A stretch of 60,183 nt of DNA from Deferribacterales bacterium (GCA_050251875.1 JBFWMA010000010.1:28035-88217); one strand, 5' to 3'. Counted from the first letter of the stretch, positions 9,623 through 20,509 are shown. The notes: a model not told the origin generated them from the letters alone. A program made the numbers and translations.

Positions 9623-10942
9623 TTAGAGAACATATTTGCTAAGATCTCTGTCCTTCACTATGGAGCCCAGATGCTCCTCAACATAAGCGGCGTTCACGGT
9701 CACTTTCTTTTCGTCAGTGTCCGGCGCCTCATATGAAATATCCTCAAGCAGTTTTTCAACGATAGTGTGCAGACGTCTGGCGCCGATGTTTTCCAGAGAG
9801 CTGTTCAGCTCGTCCGCCATTTCCGCCAGCCTCACTATGCCGTCATCGGTGAAATCAACCTCTATCCCGTCTGAGCCGAGCAGAGCGGAATATTGTCTGG
9901 TAAGGCTGTTCTGGGGTTCTTTCAGGATTCTTATAAAATCCTCAGTGGTGAGCGATTCCAGCTCCACCCTGATGGGAAAACGTCCCTGAAGCTCGGGGAT
10001 GAGATCGGTGGGTTTTACAGTATGGAACGCTCCGGCGGCGATGAACAATATGTGGTCGGTGCGGATCATTCCGTATTTCGTGTTTACAGTGGATCCCTCC
10101 ACTATGGGCAGAAGGTCACGCTGAACCCCCTCACGGGAAACATCGCCCCCTTTGGTGCCCTGTGACGATGAGGCGCATATCTTGTCTATCTCGTCCAGAA
10201 AGATAATGCCCGACTGCTGCACACGCTGCGCCGCCGTCTCCTTCACATCGTCCATATCTATGAGCCTTGCCGCCTCCTGAACTTCCAGAGCGGCTCTGGC
10301 CTCGGATATCTTCATCTTCTTTTTCTTTTTTCTCGCCGGAAACATGTTCTTCAGCATATCGGACAGACCGGATGTCATGTCCTCCATACCCATGTTGGTA
10401 AAGACCTCCACATTGGGGGCGGCGTCATCTATATCCACCTCCACGGGTCTTTCGTCCAGCTCACCGTTTCTCAGCTTGTCTCTGAATTTGTCTCTGGTGG
10501 ACGTCTCCGCCTCGGTGTATCCGGAGCTGGGCGGGATCAGCAGATCGAGCAGTTTTTCTTCGACATTCGCCTTCGCTTTGTCGATGACGCTCTCCTTCTT
10601 CTCCTCACGCACCATGCTGACGGCTATCTCCATCAGATCACGAACCATGCTCTCCACGTCTCTGCCCACATAGCCCACTTCGGTATATTTACTCGCCTCA
10701 ACTTTTATGAAGGGTGATTTGGCGAGCTTAGCCAGACGTCTGGCGACCTCTGTCTTTCCCACGCCGGTGGGTCCGATCAGGATGATGTTTTTCGGAGAAA
10801 TCTCTTCCTGAATGGATTTGGGGAGCTGCATTCTTCTGTATCTGTTTCTAAGAGCGACAGCGACCGCCCTTTTGGCGCTGTGCTGTCCCACGACATATTT
10901 ATCAAGTTCTTCTACGATCTTTTTAGGTGTGTAGTCTTCCAC
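9623..10942 (-). CDS. hslU: ATP-dependent protease ATPase subunit HslU
   Basis: PKNIILIGPTGVGKTEVARRLA, GYVGRDVESM, SREGVQRDLLP. Confidence 0.97.
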   Translation of the reverse strand: MEDYTPKKIVEELDKYVVGQHSAKRAVAVALRNRYRRMQLPKSIQEEISPKNIILIGPTGVGKTEVARRLAKLAKSPFIKVEASKYTEVGYVGRDVESMVRDLMEIAVSMVREEKKESVIDKAKANVEEKLLDLLIPPSSGYTEAETSTRDKFRDKLRNGELDERPVEVDIDDAAPNVEVFTNMGMEDMTSGLSDMLKNMFPARKKKKKMKISEARAALEVQEAARLIDMDDVKETAAQRVQQSGIIFLDEIDKICASSSQGTKGGDVSREGVQRDLLPIVEGSTVNTKYGMIRTDHILFIAAGAFHTVKPTDLIPELQGRFPIRVELESLTTEDFIRILKEPQNSLTRQYSALLGSDGIEVDFTDDGIVRLAEMADELNSSLENIGARRLHTIVEKLLEDISYEAPDTDEKKVTVNAAYVEEHLGSIVKDRDLSKYVL

Positions 10943-11490
10943 TAAATCTCCTCAATGGTAAGGCTGTCATTGGTATATATACAAATATCGGCTGCTATGC
11001 GCAGTGATTTTTCGACAATCTCCCGGGGCAAAAGTTCGGAATTTTCTACCAGCGCAATGGCGGACGCCTGAGCGAAAGGACCGCCGGAACCTATGGCGGC
11101 TACACCCTTCTGGGGCTCCACCACGTCTCCGTTTCCGGTGATTATATAGAGTTCTTTAGCATCGGCGACTATCATCATCGCTTCCAGCTTGCGCAGATAT
11201 CTGTCCGTGCGCCAGTCTTTCGCCAGCTCCACGGCGGCTCTTAAGAGCTGTCCGGAATACTGTTCCAGCTTAGCCTCGAACCTCTCCATCAGGGTGAAGG
11301 CATCAGCTGTCGATCCGGCGAACCCGCACAGAACCCTGTCGTTATATATTTTGCGCACTTTTTTGGCGTTGTGCTTCAGCACTGTGTTTCCGAAGGTGAC
11401 CTGACCGTCAGCCCCCAGAGCAGTTTTTCCATCTTTTTTGACCGCTACTACGGTTGTTCCTCTAATTTCCATATCCGCATTTTTTACCAT
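10942..11490 (-). CDS. hslV: ATP-dependent protease subunit HslV (alternative start 11472)
   Basis: [34 protein letters not shown]. Confidence 0.96.
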   Translation of the reverse strand: MVKNADMEIRGTTVVAVKKDGKTALGADGQVTFGNTVLKHNAKKVRKIYNDRVLCGFAGSTADAFTLMERFEAKLEQYSGQLLRAAVELAKDWRTDRYLRKLEAMMIVADAKELYIITGNGDVVEPQKGVAAIGSGGPFAQASAIALVENSELLPREIVEKSLRIAADICIYTNDSLTIEEI

Positions 11491-11586
11491 TTAGTTATAT
11501 CCCACCGCAACAGAAAAAATTATATTTGCATACATAACCTCATTAATATATCCTCAGTAAAGAATAAATCTGAATTGGACAAATAA

Positions 11587-12810
11587 GTGACTATCATAAA
11601 AATATTGTATAACCTTACGGTCATCATACTGATGCCTTTCATTATGCCTTTCGGCTATCTCTATGCTCTGAAAAGGGGAGAGGACAAAGATTTCTTTCAG
11701 AGGCTGGGTTTTATCGCCCTGCCCGAGACAGACAGTCCGTCCGTTTGGTTTCACTGCGCCAGCGTGGGCGAGGTGCGAAGCATCAAGATAATCACAGACA
11801 TGATGAAACAGGACACCCCTGAGCTGAAAGTGGTGATAAGCACTACATCCGCCACAGGCAAGGCAGAGGCGGAGAAAATCATCGAGCCCCACACGGCGTT
11901 TCTCCTCCCGCTGGAGAACCCCATGGCGGTGGCGCACATCATCAGCTATCTGAACGTGAAAGCGCTGATAATAGTAGACACCGAGCTGTGGCCCAACCTG
12001 ATAATATCCGCAGCAAAACATACACGCCTCTTTCTGCTGAACGGCAGGATGTCCGACAAGAGCTTCAAAAGCTACAGAAGATTCCGGTTCCTCTTCGGCA
12101 GGATGCTCAGAAAGTTCGAGCATATCTACACCAAGAGCGATGCCGACACAGAAAAATTCGCCGCCGTGACAGGCAACGCTAAAAACGTATCCACACTGGG
12201 CAATATAAAATTTCAGACCAGAAAACCGGCGCCCGAAAAGAATTTCTTCGCTTTTCTGAACGGGTTATCGATCTTCGCCGCCGCCAGCACCCACAGGGGC
12301 GAGGAAGAGACAGCCGTAAAAGCGTTCATAGAATCAGGGGCGCAGGACAGGCTCGTCATAGCCCCCCGCCACAAAAACCGCACACAGGAGGCTGTGGAAA
12401 CAGCCAGAGCGAATGGGCTCACCGTCAGCACCCTGTCTGAAAACAGCCGTGACACTCAGGTGATCGTGGTGGACAGATTCGGCACTCTGGAAGAGCTCTA
12501 CAGCATATCCGAAAGGATCTTCGTGGGCGGCTCCATGAACGGCACAGGCGGGCATAACATTTATGAGGCGCTTCAGTTCCGCCGCCATGTCTGCGTGGGA
12601 CATAACATGTCCAATTTCCGTGAGATTTTTGAGCTGGCGTCAAAATATAACGCCGCGGAAACCGTGAAAAACTCTTCTGAAATGGCGCAATATCTTAAAA
12701 ACGGCAACAACAGAGCTGATTTTGACGGTCTTTTCGCCGAGATGGACAGCGCCCAGACCAACATACTGAACACTGTGGGCGGGGTTATAAAAAGTGTATA
12801 TCCTTCTTAG
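11587..12810 (+). CDS. waaA: 3-deoxy-D-manno-octulosonic acid transferase
   Basis: WFHCASVGE, DTELWPN, NGRMSDKS, GNIKF, AASTHRGEE, GGHNIYE. Confidence 0.9.
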   Translation: MTIIKILYNLTVIILMPFIMPFGYLYALKRGEDKDFFQRLGFIALPETDSPSVWFHCASVGEVRSIKIITDMMKQDTPELKVVISTTSATGKAEAEKIIEPHTAFLLPLENPMAVAHIISYLNVKALIIVDTELWPNLIISAAKHTRLFLLNGRMSDKSFKSYRRFRFLFGRMLRKFEHIYTKSDADTEKFAAVTGNAKNVSTLGNIKFQTRKPAPEKNFFAFLNGLSIFAAASTHRGEEETAVKAFIESGAQDRLVIAPRHKNRTQEAVETARANGLTVSTLSENSRDTQVIVVDRFGTLEELYSISERIFVGGSMNGTGGHNIYEALQFRRHVCVGHNMSNFREIFELASKYNAAETVKNSSEMAQYLKNGNNRADFDGLFAEMDSAQTNILNTVGGVIKSVYPS

Positions 12811-13669
12811 ACTGGCCTATTTCATATTCAACAGGATGTCATTCATGTCCCTGCGAAAAACGGGAATGACGCTGGGCAGTCTTTTCTATTTTTTTAATAA
12901 AAAACGAAGAAAAATCGCCGAAAAAAACTGTGAGATCATAGGTGTGAAAGATGTGAAAGCTGTCGCCAAAAGCTCTTTCCGTCACAGTTTCGCCACATAC
13001 ATAGAATCGTTTTACAGCCACAGAATAGATCAGAAGTTTCTGGACAGCATAGAGATAGTGAATCCGGAAAATATCCCGCCCTCTGACAGCGGGGTCTTCT
13101 TTCTGGTAAGCGGACACATCGGCTGCTGGGAGCTGATCCCCCCTGTCGCCTCCGCCATCGTGAACAGAAAAGGCGCTCTGATAGCCCGCCGGATAAAGAA
13201 CAAAAACGTGGACGACTACCTGATGAAACAGAGATCAGGCGAAAACGTGATATATCTGCACCACAGAAACATAGCCGAAAAAATCCCCCAGCTTCTGGAA
13301 GAGGGCGTGGTGGTGGGCGCTCTGCTGGATCACAGCTCCACAGTGAGAGACAGCATGTTCGTGCCGATGTTCGACGTGAACACCACTTTTATCAAAGGCA
13401 TACCCATGATATCCGCCAGACGGGACGTGCCCATTATGCCCACCTTTCTGGTGCGCACGGAGACCGGATTCAGGATGATATTCTATCCGCTGATTCATCC
13501 GGACAAAAACCTTAAGCCGAAAGAGCGGATACAGGACATAGCGTTAAGAATAAACAAGATATATGAAGATGTTATCAGACAATACCCCGATCAGTGGTAT
13601 CTGATTCACAAGAGATTCAAAAAGGTAATGGATGAAAACGGAAATCTGAACGAGGATTTCTACGCCTGA
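12794..13669 (+). CDS. Lipid A biosynthesis late acyltransferase (LpxL/HtrB family)
   Basis: GHIGCWE motif, PDQWYLIHKRFK C-terminal motif, adjacent to waaA. Confidence 0.85.
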   Translation: MYILLRLAYFIFNRMSFMSLRKTGMTLGSLFYFFNKKRRKIAEKNCEIIGVKDVKAVAKSSFRHSFATYIESFYSHRIDQKFLDSIEIVNPENIPPSDSGVFFLVSGHIGCWELIPPVASAIVNRKGALIARRIKNKNVDDYLMKQRSGENVIYLHHRNIAEKIPQLLEEGVVVGALLDHSSTVRDSMFVPMFDVNTTFIKGIPMISARRDVPIMPTFLVRTETGFRMIFYPLIHPDKNLKPKERIQDIALRINKIYEDVIRQYPDQWYLIHKRFKKVMDENGNLNEDFYA

Positions 13670-13682
13670 GCCTTTGTTTCAG

Positions 13683-13838
13683 CTATTTCTTTCTCTTTCT
13701 GCCGAAAATAAGCACCAGAGCGATAAAAACAATTATCCCCGCAATGACAAGCACTTTATCAAGACTAACGGTCTGATCCTGCATATGTCTGCTGGCAGCC
13801 TGATATCTGTCCACGGCGGTAACTGCCTCGAATAACAT
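13683..13838 (-). CDS. Small single-pass membrane protein (51 aa)
   Basis: aaggaggt RBS before MLFEAVT; one hydrophobic helix followed by RKRKK. Confidence 0.55.
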   Translation of the reverse strand: MLFEAVTAVDRYQAASRHMQDQTVSLDKVLVIAGIIVFIALVLIFGRKRKK

Positions 13839-13975
13839 CCGGCACCTCCTTAAGCGATAATCATCATAATATTGTAACCTGACAAAAATCAACCTGAAAA
13901 ACCTTGAATTTACAAGTGAAATGTGCTTTTAATATTGTTTCCCTCAAACCTGAATAATTTAAAGAAGGTAGCAAA

Positions 13976-15148
13976 ATGTCCGCAATTTTCAAAAACTACG
14001 CCAGGTATCCCCTGACTTTCGTAAAAGGCGAAGGAGCAAGGCTTACCGATGACACAGGCAGGGTTTTTCTGGATTTCGGATGCGGCATCTCCGTGGTGAA
14101 CCTCGGTCACTGCCACCCGAAAGTCACAGAAGCTATCCAGAAACAGGCTGAAACACTCATCCACACATCCAATCTGTACCACATCCCCGTACAGGAACAG
14201 CTGGCGGACAGGCTGAGCCGATGCGGTTTCGGCGGTGACGTTTTCTTCTGCAACTCCGGCATGGAGGCCAACGAGGCCGCCCTTAAGCTGGCGAGAATAT
14301 ACGGCAACAAAAAATATGACGGCAAACGTTTAAGAGTTATCACTTTTGAAAACTCTTTCCACGGACGTTCATTCATGACGCTGTCTGCCACAGGACAGGA
14401 CAAGGTAAAGAAAGGGTTTGAGCCGGTGGCGGATTTCTTTACTCATATTCAGATGAACGATTTTGCCGGATTCGTGAACGAAGCAAAAAAAGGCGGTGTG
14501 ATCGCCCTGATGATAGAAGCGGTGCAGGGAGAAGGCGGGCTGATGCCCATCGACAGAGAGTTTCTGGTGAACGCCTCCGACTACTGCGCCAAAAACGACA
14601 TTCTGCTGATAATGGACGAAATCCAGACCGGATTCGGCAGAACAGGCGACATCTTCGCCTATAAACACTTCGGCGTGACACCCGACATCATAACCCTGGC
14701 TAAGGGAATCGCCAACGGTGTCCCCATGGGCGCCATGATGGCGAGACCAGACATAGCCGAATATATGTCCGCAGGAACACACGGCACCACATTCGGCGGA
14801 AACTTCTTAGCATGCGCCGCCGCTATGGCTGTTCTGGATGTTATGACCGAAAGAGGTTTCATGCAGAGCGTGCGTGAGAAGGGAGACTATTTCAAAACCC
14901 GTCTGGAAGAGATATTCTACCAGACAGAGGTTACCGTGCTGGGCATCGGAATGATGACAGGCATCAAAATTCACGGCAAACAGAAAGAGTTCATTAACAA
15001 AGCGATAGACAACGGACTGCTGACAGTCCCGGCAGGAAATGACGTGATAAGGATATATCCGCCGCTGACTGCCTCTTATGAAGAGCTTGACGAGGGTCTT
15101 GGTCTTATAGAAAAGACCGCCAGAGAGCTTGAGATCGGAGGTTTTTAA
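13976..15148 (+). CDS. argD: Acetylornithine aminotransferase
   Basis: FCNSGMEANEAALK, SFHGRS, DEIQTGFGRTG, TLAKG, HGTTFGGN. Confidence 0.93.
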   Translation: MSAIFKNYARYPLTFVKGEGARLTDDTGRVFLDFGCGISVVNLGHCHPKVTEAIQKQAETLIHTSNLYHIPVQEQLADRLSRCGFGGDVFFCNSGMEANEAALKLARIYGNKKYDGKRLRVITFENSFHGRSFMTLSATGQDKVKKGFEPVADFFTHIQMNDFAGFVNEAKKGGVIALMIEAVQGEGGLMPIDREFLVNASDYCAKNDILLIMDEIQTGFGRTGDIFAYKHFGVTPDIITLAKGIANGVPMGAMMARPDIAEYMSAGTHGTTFGGNFLACAAAMAVLDVMTERGFMQSVREKGDYFKTRLEEIFYQTEVTVLGIGMMTGIKIHGKQKEFINKAIDNGLLTVPAGNDVIRIYPPLTASYEELDEGLGLIEKTARELEIGGF

Positions 15149-15149
15149 G

Positions 15150-16070
15150 TTGAAAAGAGATTTTCTGACACTGAGAGACTGGAGCTCTGAAGAGCTCAAA
15201 GAGATGATACAGACAGCCGTCAGGCTGAAAGCTGAAAACAGAAACAACGTCCGCCACCACCACCTCGAGGGTAAAAAGCTGGCGATGATTTTCGAAAAAC
15301 CGTCCACCAGAACAAGGGTCTCCTTCGAAGTGGGCATGTATGAGCTGGGCGGATATCCGCTTTATCTCAGCGCGAACGATATTCAGCTCGGACGCGGCGA
15401 AACGGTTAAAGACACCGCCAGAACGCTGTCCAGATATGTTGACGGAATAATGATACGCACCAAAGGTCACGAGATCATAGAGGAGCTGGCGCAGTATGCC
15501 TCAGTGCCCGTTATCAACGGTCTCACAGACGATTTTCACCCCTGTCAGGTGATGGCTGATCTTCAGACCATCTACGAATACAAGGGCAACTATGACTTAA
15601 AGGTCGCTTTCATAGGCGATGGAAACAATATGGCTCAGTCATGGCTTTACGGAGCGGCTAAGTTCGGCATAGACATCAGCGTGGCATCACCCGAGGGATA
15701 TGAGTGCAAAGCGCAGGTGGTGAAAGAGGCGAAAGAAGCTGCGAAAGCCACAGGCGCTAAGATAGAACTTGTCAGAGACCCCTATGACGCCGTTAAAGAC
15801 GCCGACTTCATCTACACCGATGTGTGGGCGAGCATGGGTCAGGAAGCGGAAAAAGAAGCACGCAAAAAGATATTCAAAGACTATCAGGTGAACGCCGGTC
15901 TTATGAAGGCGACAGGCAGAGACACACTGTTCATGCACTGTCTGCCGGCATACATGGGGCTGGAAGTCACTGAGGATGTCTATGAGAGCAAAGCGTCCAT
16001 AGTCTGGGACGAGGCGGAAAACCGTCTCCACGCCCAGAAGGCCGTCATGCTCAAAGTGATGGGAAAGTAA
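15150..16070 (+). CDS. argF: Ornithine carbamoyltransferase
   Basis: FEKPSTRTRVSF, HPCQ, FMHCLP, EAENRLHAQKA; TTG start after ggagg. Confidence 0.95.
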   Translation: MKRDFLTLRDWSSEELKEMIQTAVRLKAENRNNVRHHHLEGKKLAMIFEKPSTRTRVSFEVGMYELGGYPLYLSANDIQLGRGETVKDTARTLSRYVDGIMIRTKGHEIIEELAQYASVPVINGLTDDFHPCQVMADLQTIYEYKGNYDLKVAFIGDGNNMAQSWLYGAAKFGIDISVASPEGYECKAQVVKEAKEAAKATGAKIELVRDPYDAVKDADFIYTDVWASMGQEAEKEARKKIFKDYQVNAGLMKATGRDTLFMHCLPAYMGLEVTEDVYESKASIVWDEAENRLHAQKAVMLKVMGK

Positions 16071-16083
16071 AGTTTTTCATGAT

Positions 16084-16451
16084 TGTCATTGCGAGCGTCA
16101 GCGAAGCAATCTTAAACGTGCGATATGAAAAAAGGTTATGTATATATCCTGACATGTTTTAACAGAAATGTTCTTTATGTCGGGGTAACGTCCGATCTTA
16201 TAAAGCGAATATATCAGCACAAAAATAAAATGGTTGACGGATTCGCAAAAAGGTACAATCTGGATATGCTTGTCTGGTATGAGTGTTTTGAAACCATCAC
16301 AGACGCAATAGCCAGAGAAAAACAGATAAAAGGCGGCAGCAGGGCAAAGAAGATTGCGCTGGTTAACAGCTTTAACCCTGACTGGAACGACCTTTATGAT
16401 CAGGTTATTAAATAAGAAAGATTGCTTCGTCACGGCGTTCCTCGCAATGAC
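16084..16451. mobile_element. GIY-YIG nuclease cassette bracketed by inverted CGTC-type palindromes, inserted between argF and argG
   Basis: gtcattgcgag..cgaagcaatct (16085-16112) and inverted agattgcttcg..ctcgcaatgac (16419-16451). Confidence 0.6.
16125..16415 (+). CDS. Small GIY-YIG nuclease family protein
   Basis: GYVYIL...LYVGVTSDLIKRIYQHK...AIAREKQIKG...NPDWNDLY. Confidence 0.9.
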   Translation: MKKGYVYILTCFNRNVLYVGVTSDLIKRIYQHKNKMVDGFAKRYNLDMLVWYECFETITDAIAREKQIKGGSRAKKIALVNSFNPDWNDLYDQVIK

Positions 16452-16496
16452 GCATAACAATCTGAACAATCATAATTAATACTTCGGAGGATCAAA

Positions 16497-17708
16497 ATGG
16501 CAAAAGACAAAGTGGTTCTTGCCTATTCCGGCGGTCTCGATACTTCAGTCATTCTGAAATGGCTTCAGCTTAAAGGTTATGACGTGGTGGCATACGTTGC
16601 CGACCTCGGGCAGCTTCCCGATGTGGAAGCGATAAAAGAGAAGGCGATGAAATCCGGAGCCGTGGATTTCTACGCTCTGGATCTGAAAGAGGAGTTCGTA
16701 AAAGATTTCGTATTCGAGGCTGTTAAATTCAACGCCGTATACGAAGGACGCTATCTGCTCGGAACATCTCTCGCCAGACCCATCATCGCTAAGGGAATGG
16801 TAGAGGTAGCCGCCAAAACAGGCGCCAAATTCCTCGCCCACGGCGCCACAGGCAAAGGTAACGATCAGGTGCGCTTCGAGCTGACAGCCGCCGCCCTGAA
16901 CCCCGAGCTGAAAACTATCGTTCCGTGGAGAGAGCCTGAGTTCTTTAATGTTATCAAAGGACGTAAAGAGGCTATGGATTTCGCAAAAGAGCACGGCATC
17001 CCCGTTAAGGCGACAGCCGACCAGCCCTGGAGCTCTGACGACAACCTTATGCACATCAGCTTTGAGGCGGGAATACTGGAAGATCCGGCAAACAGACCCC
17101 CCGCTGAGATGTTCGAATATACTGTAGATCCTAAAAAAGCGCCCGATGAGGCTGAGATCATCGAGATCAAATTCGAGCAGGGCGTTGCTGTGAAACTGAA
17201 CGGAAAAAAACTCAGCCCGGCTTCTATGCTGGCTGAACTGAATAAAATAGGCGGAAAACACGGTATCGGACGTATCGATATGGTGGAGAGCAGATATGTA
17301 GGCATGAAATCCAGAGGTGTTTACGAGACACCCGGCGGAACAATCCTCCACGCCGCTCACCGTGACCTTGAGGCTCTTACTCTGGACGGCGGAACTATCA
17401 ACCTGAAAGAGACTCTGATGCCCAGATTCGCTTCTCTGGTATATGCCGGATACTGGTACTGCCCCGAGATGGAGTGTCTGAGAGCGCTTCTGGAAAAATC
17501 ACAGGAATATGTGACAGGAAAAGTAAGACTCGAGCTCTATAAAGGCAATGTGACATGTATCGGCAGGGAATCTAAGTATTCTCTTTACAACCAGCTTGTG
17601 GTATCTATGGAAGATGATGCCGGAGCCTACAACCAGACAGACGCGGCAGGATTTATAAAACTGCACGCTCTGCCTCTGAAGGCGCACGCAGCCAGAGCGA
17701 AAAAATAA
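16497..17708 (+). CDS. argG: Argininosuccinate synthase
   Basis: VVLAYSGGLDTS, HGATGKGNDQVRFE, GMKSRGVYETPGG. Confidence 0.97.
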   Translation: MAKDKVVLAYSGGLDTSVILKWLQLKGYDVVAYVADLGQLPDVEAIKEKAMKSGAVDFYALDLKEEFVKDFVFEAVKFNAVYEGRYLLGTSLARPIIAKGMVEVAAKTGAKFLAHGATGKGNDQVRFELTAAALNPELKTIVPWREPEFFNVIKGRKEAMDFAKEHGIPVKATADQPWSSDDNLMHISFEAGILEDPANRPPAEMFEYTVDPKKAPDEAEIIEIKFEQGVAVKLNGKKLSPASMLAELNKIGGKHGIGRIDMVESRYVGMKSRGVYETPGGTILHAAHRDLEALTLDGGTINLKETLMPRFASLVYAGYWYCPEMECLRALLEKSQEYVTGKVRLELYKGNVTCIGRESKYSLYNQLVVSMEDDAGAYNQTDAAGFIKLHALPLKAHAARAKK

Positions 17709-17721
17709 CGGAGAATGATTA

Positions 17722-18591
17722 ATGTATTTTCAGGATGTTATACTGAATCTTCAGAGATTTTGGGCGGATAAAGGCTGTATAGTTTATCAGCCTTACGACA
17801 TAGAGGTTGGAGCGGGAACTTTTAACCCCGCCACATTTCTGCGATGTCTCGGTCCCGAGCCGTGGAACGTTTGCTATGTCGAGCCCAGCAGAAGACCCAC
17901 AGACGGACGCTACGGCGAAAACCCCAACAGGCTTCAGCACTATTACCAGTTTCAGGTGATATTAAAACCGTCACCCTCCGACATTCAGGAGCTCTATCTG
18001 GAGAGCCTGAAACAGCTCGGCATAGACAAGACAGAGCACGACATCCGCTTTGTCGAGGACGACTGGGAATCACCCACTCTGGGCGCATGGGGTCTGGGCT
18101 GGGAAGTATGGCTGGACGGGATGGAGATCACCCAGTTCACATACTTTCAGCAGGCGGGCGGTATCGACCTGAAACCCGTTTCAGGCGAGATTACCTATGG
18201 TCTGGAACGCATCACCATGTATCTTCAGGGTGTGGAATCAGTTTATGACATCAAATGGAATGACAAGATAACATACAGAGACGTTTACCACGCGAACGAG
18301 GTGCAGTATTCAGCTCATAACTTCGAGCACGCCGACACAGACATGCTGTTCAAGCTGTTCGATATGTATGAGAAGGAATGCGTACACATAAACGAGAAGG
18401 GACTTCCCCTGCCCGCTTATGACTACTGTCTGAAATGCAGCCATACATTCAACCTGCTGGACGCCAGAAGCGCCATATCAGTAACAGAGAGAACCGGCTA
18501 CATAGCCAGAGTGAGAAACCTCGCCAAGATGTGCGCGGAAAACTATCTGAAACACAGAGAAGAGCTGGGATTTCCCCTGCTCAACAGATAA
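17722..18591 (+). CDS. glyQ: Glycine--tRNA ligase alpha subunit
   Basis: [54 protein letters not shown]. Confidence 0.97.
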   Translation: MYFQDVILNLQRFWADKGCIVYQPYDIEVGAGTFNPATFLRCLGPEPWNVCYVEPSRRPTDGRYGENPNRLQHYYQFQVILKPSPSDIQELYLESLKQLGIDKTEHDIRFVEDDWESPTLGAWGLGWEVWLDGMEITQFTYFQQAGGIDLKPVSGEITYGLERITMYLQGVESVYDIKWNDKITYRDVYHANEVQYSAHNFEHADTDMLFKLFDMYEKECVHINEKGLPLPAYDYCLKCSHTFNLLDARSAISVTERTGYIARVRNLAKMCAENYLKHREELGFPLLNR

Positions 18592-18595
18592 ACAT

Positions 18596-18627
18596 AAAGC
18601 CCCTCATCCGAGGGGCTTTTTTTATTT
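18596..18627 (+). terminator. Intrinsic terminator after glyQ
   Basis: aaagcccctc-atcc-gaggggcttttttt. Confidence 0.85.
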
Positions 18628-18649
18628 ATAAAATCATGTGTCAGCGATT

Positions 18650-20362
18650 TCACCTTACACAGCGGACATATGCTGAAGCGGATTTAACTTCACCCACCAT
18701 AATCGGAGATGTGTAAAAAAAGACAGCATATGCTTGATTCATCACGCTGACTGACGTTGTGGACGACCAGTAATCGTCAGCAGTGTAATTCGTAAAAACA
18801 GCGTTAACAGATGAAGAGCCGTTCAGCTCCATAATAGACATCAGCTCTCTGATATTAGGAAGACGCCAGTCATCATATCCGCCCAGAGACAGCGACTCGC
18901 AGCGGGACAGAGCGTTCACCCAGGTAACACTGGAACCGACCGCATCGTCCTCCCACATCAGACCGGTGATATTATCCGTAACTATGCCGTATGTGCCGCT
19001 GCGGGAAAAAGAGATGTCGGGCTCTGTCTTACCCGCCACAAAGGCGGAATATAAAGTCATATTCTTGTTTTCGGCATATACTCCGATATCAGTGAAATAT
19101 ACATACCATGCATCGATACCGCCGATTCTATATTCTGAAGTCCATATTGCCTGTCCTGCCGGAAAATACAAAAATTCGCTGTAATCGTTACCTGAACCTG
19201 ACGCAAAATTTACTAAAGAGAATAATTCCTTCATATTAGGAGTCCGCCAGTCGCTGTAGCCTCCGTGCTGGTTATAATTCAGACTGGCGGATTCGGTATA
19301 CAGCTCCAGCCACTCATACCGTGGTGTGCTGTATGCGCCGGAATCCTCCCAGATCATACCGTTTACATTATCGGTAACGATTTCTCCGAATGATGTCGTT
19401 CTGGTGAAACTGGCGGCTACACCCGCCTGATATTCTCCGTCCTGTCCTGTGCCGTCACACGGAATGGACGAGCCGGAAGCGTCATAGCATGTGTTCTGTC
19501 CTGTCTTTGTCAGCACATACGAACACTTTGTATCGCTCTTTTCTATCCTGCATACCGCGCCTATTCCGTTATCGTACAGTGCTCCGGATGAAGGACGGTA
19601 ACATGTCAGCATAAAAAAATCGTCAGCCGCGGCGGACGAACTTATTCCGAACACAGACTGGAGTCTGGCTCCCAGAGCGGAAGAGAGACCGCCGTCCGTA
19701 AGCCATGAACCATCCAGCGTAAGATATTTGAGACTGCTGTCGGCCACATCTCCCTCAAATGTCATTACAACGTCTTTGGATGAATCCATACCCGACAGTT
19801 CAGACACGATATCCGCAAGCCTGTAACAGCCCGAATCCCAGCCGGAACCGATGGCATCTGATTCCGTGACGTATATTTTGCTGGTATTATATGCGGATGA
19901 GGTGAAGCCGACAGAAGAATCCTCCGCCGCCTTCAGTTTGACACCCAGAACATATAAATCTGTTGACTTTGCGCTTCTGGGCACGGCAGAGCTGAGCTCC
20001 AGAGGAGTACCGATCAATATCACATCAGAATAAACTCTGGATGAGTCTTTTATATAGATAACTGATTTACCGTCATTCTCGCTGTAAACCACCGTGATTC
20101 CAGTGACAGGATCGCCGGAACTGTCCACGGTAAAGATATTATAGGCGACTCCCAGGGTGCTGCTGGTGACGACAGCCTTGCCCATGCTGTTCGTTGTCAC
20201 CGCAACCTTGCCGCCGGAATATGTGGCCGTTGATGCCGGCGTATCAGTTCCGGCGGGCGTATCACCATCACCGGGCTGATCAGTGCTGGAAGACGACCCC
20301 CCGCCCCCGCATCCGGATATGATAAACATCACAAATATAATCAGAATATATAAAGAGCGCAT
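18650..20362 (-). CDS. Lipoprotein with two DUF1566-type domains
   Basis: Lipobox ISGC; TDNVNGMIWE..GGYSDWRTPNMKEL and TDNITGLMWE..GGYDDWRLPNIREL..YWSST..YVRCVR. Confidence 0.8.
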   Translation of the reverse strand: MRSLYILIIFVMFIISGCGGGGSSSSTDQPGDGDTPAGTDTPASTATYSGGKVAVTTNSMGKAVVTSSTLGVAYNIFTVDSSGDPVTGITVVYSENDGKSVIYIKDSSRVYSDVILIGTPLELSSAVPRSAKSTDLYVLGVKLKAAEDSSVGFTSSAYNTSKIYVTESDAIGSGWDSGCYRLADIVSELSGMDSSKDVVMTFEGDVADSSLKYLTLDGSWLTDGGLSSALGARLQSVFGISSSAAADDFFMLTCYRPSSGALYDNGIGAVCRIEKSDTKCSYVLTKTGQNTCYDASGSSIPCDGTGQDGEYQAGVAASFTRTTSFGEIVTDNVNGMIWEDSGAYSTPRYEWLELYTESASLNYNQHGGYSDWRTPNMKELFSLVNFASGSGNDYSEFLYFPAGQAIWTSEYRIGGIDAWYVYFTDIGVYAENKNMTLYSAFVAGKTEPDISFSRSGTYGIVTDNITGLMWEDDAVGSSVTWVNALSRCESLSLGGYDDWRLPNIRELMSIMELNGSSSVNAVFTNYTADDYWSSTTSVSVMNQAYAVFFYTSPIMVGEVKSASAYVRCVR

Positions 20363-20406
20363 AAGCACCTCCATATATATTTTATCTGATAATTATATTT
20401 ATAGCC

Positions 20407-20424
20407 ACTACCCGACCGGGTAGT
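20407..20424. promoter_or_regulatory. Palindromic operator candidate upstream of the DUF1566 lipoprotein
   Basis: actacccg-ac-cgggtagt inverted repeat in an AT-rich intergenic region. Confidence 0.45.
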
Positions 20425-20509
20425 ATTCTTTATTATAAGTTATTTATAGGACTGAAGACAGATTAAGATTGAGCGCGGATTCCAAAAAAGAACCCGCGCA
20501 TATGATCTG

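Noticed and set aside
13900..13975. ARG boxes upstream of argD
   Set aside because: Only tgaat half-matches; no convincing paired 18-bp palindromes.
16545..17360. 271-aa minus-strand ORF and similar long antisense ORFs over hslU, waaA, sheath and tape measure
   Set aside because: Opposite well-supported conserved genes; explained by codon bias.
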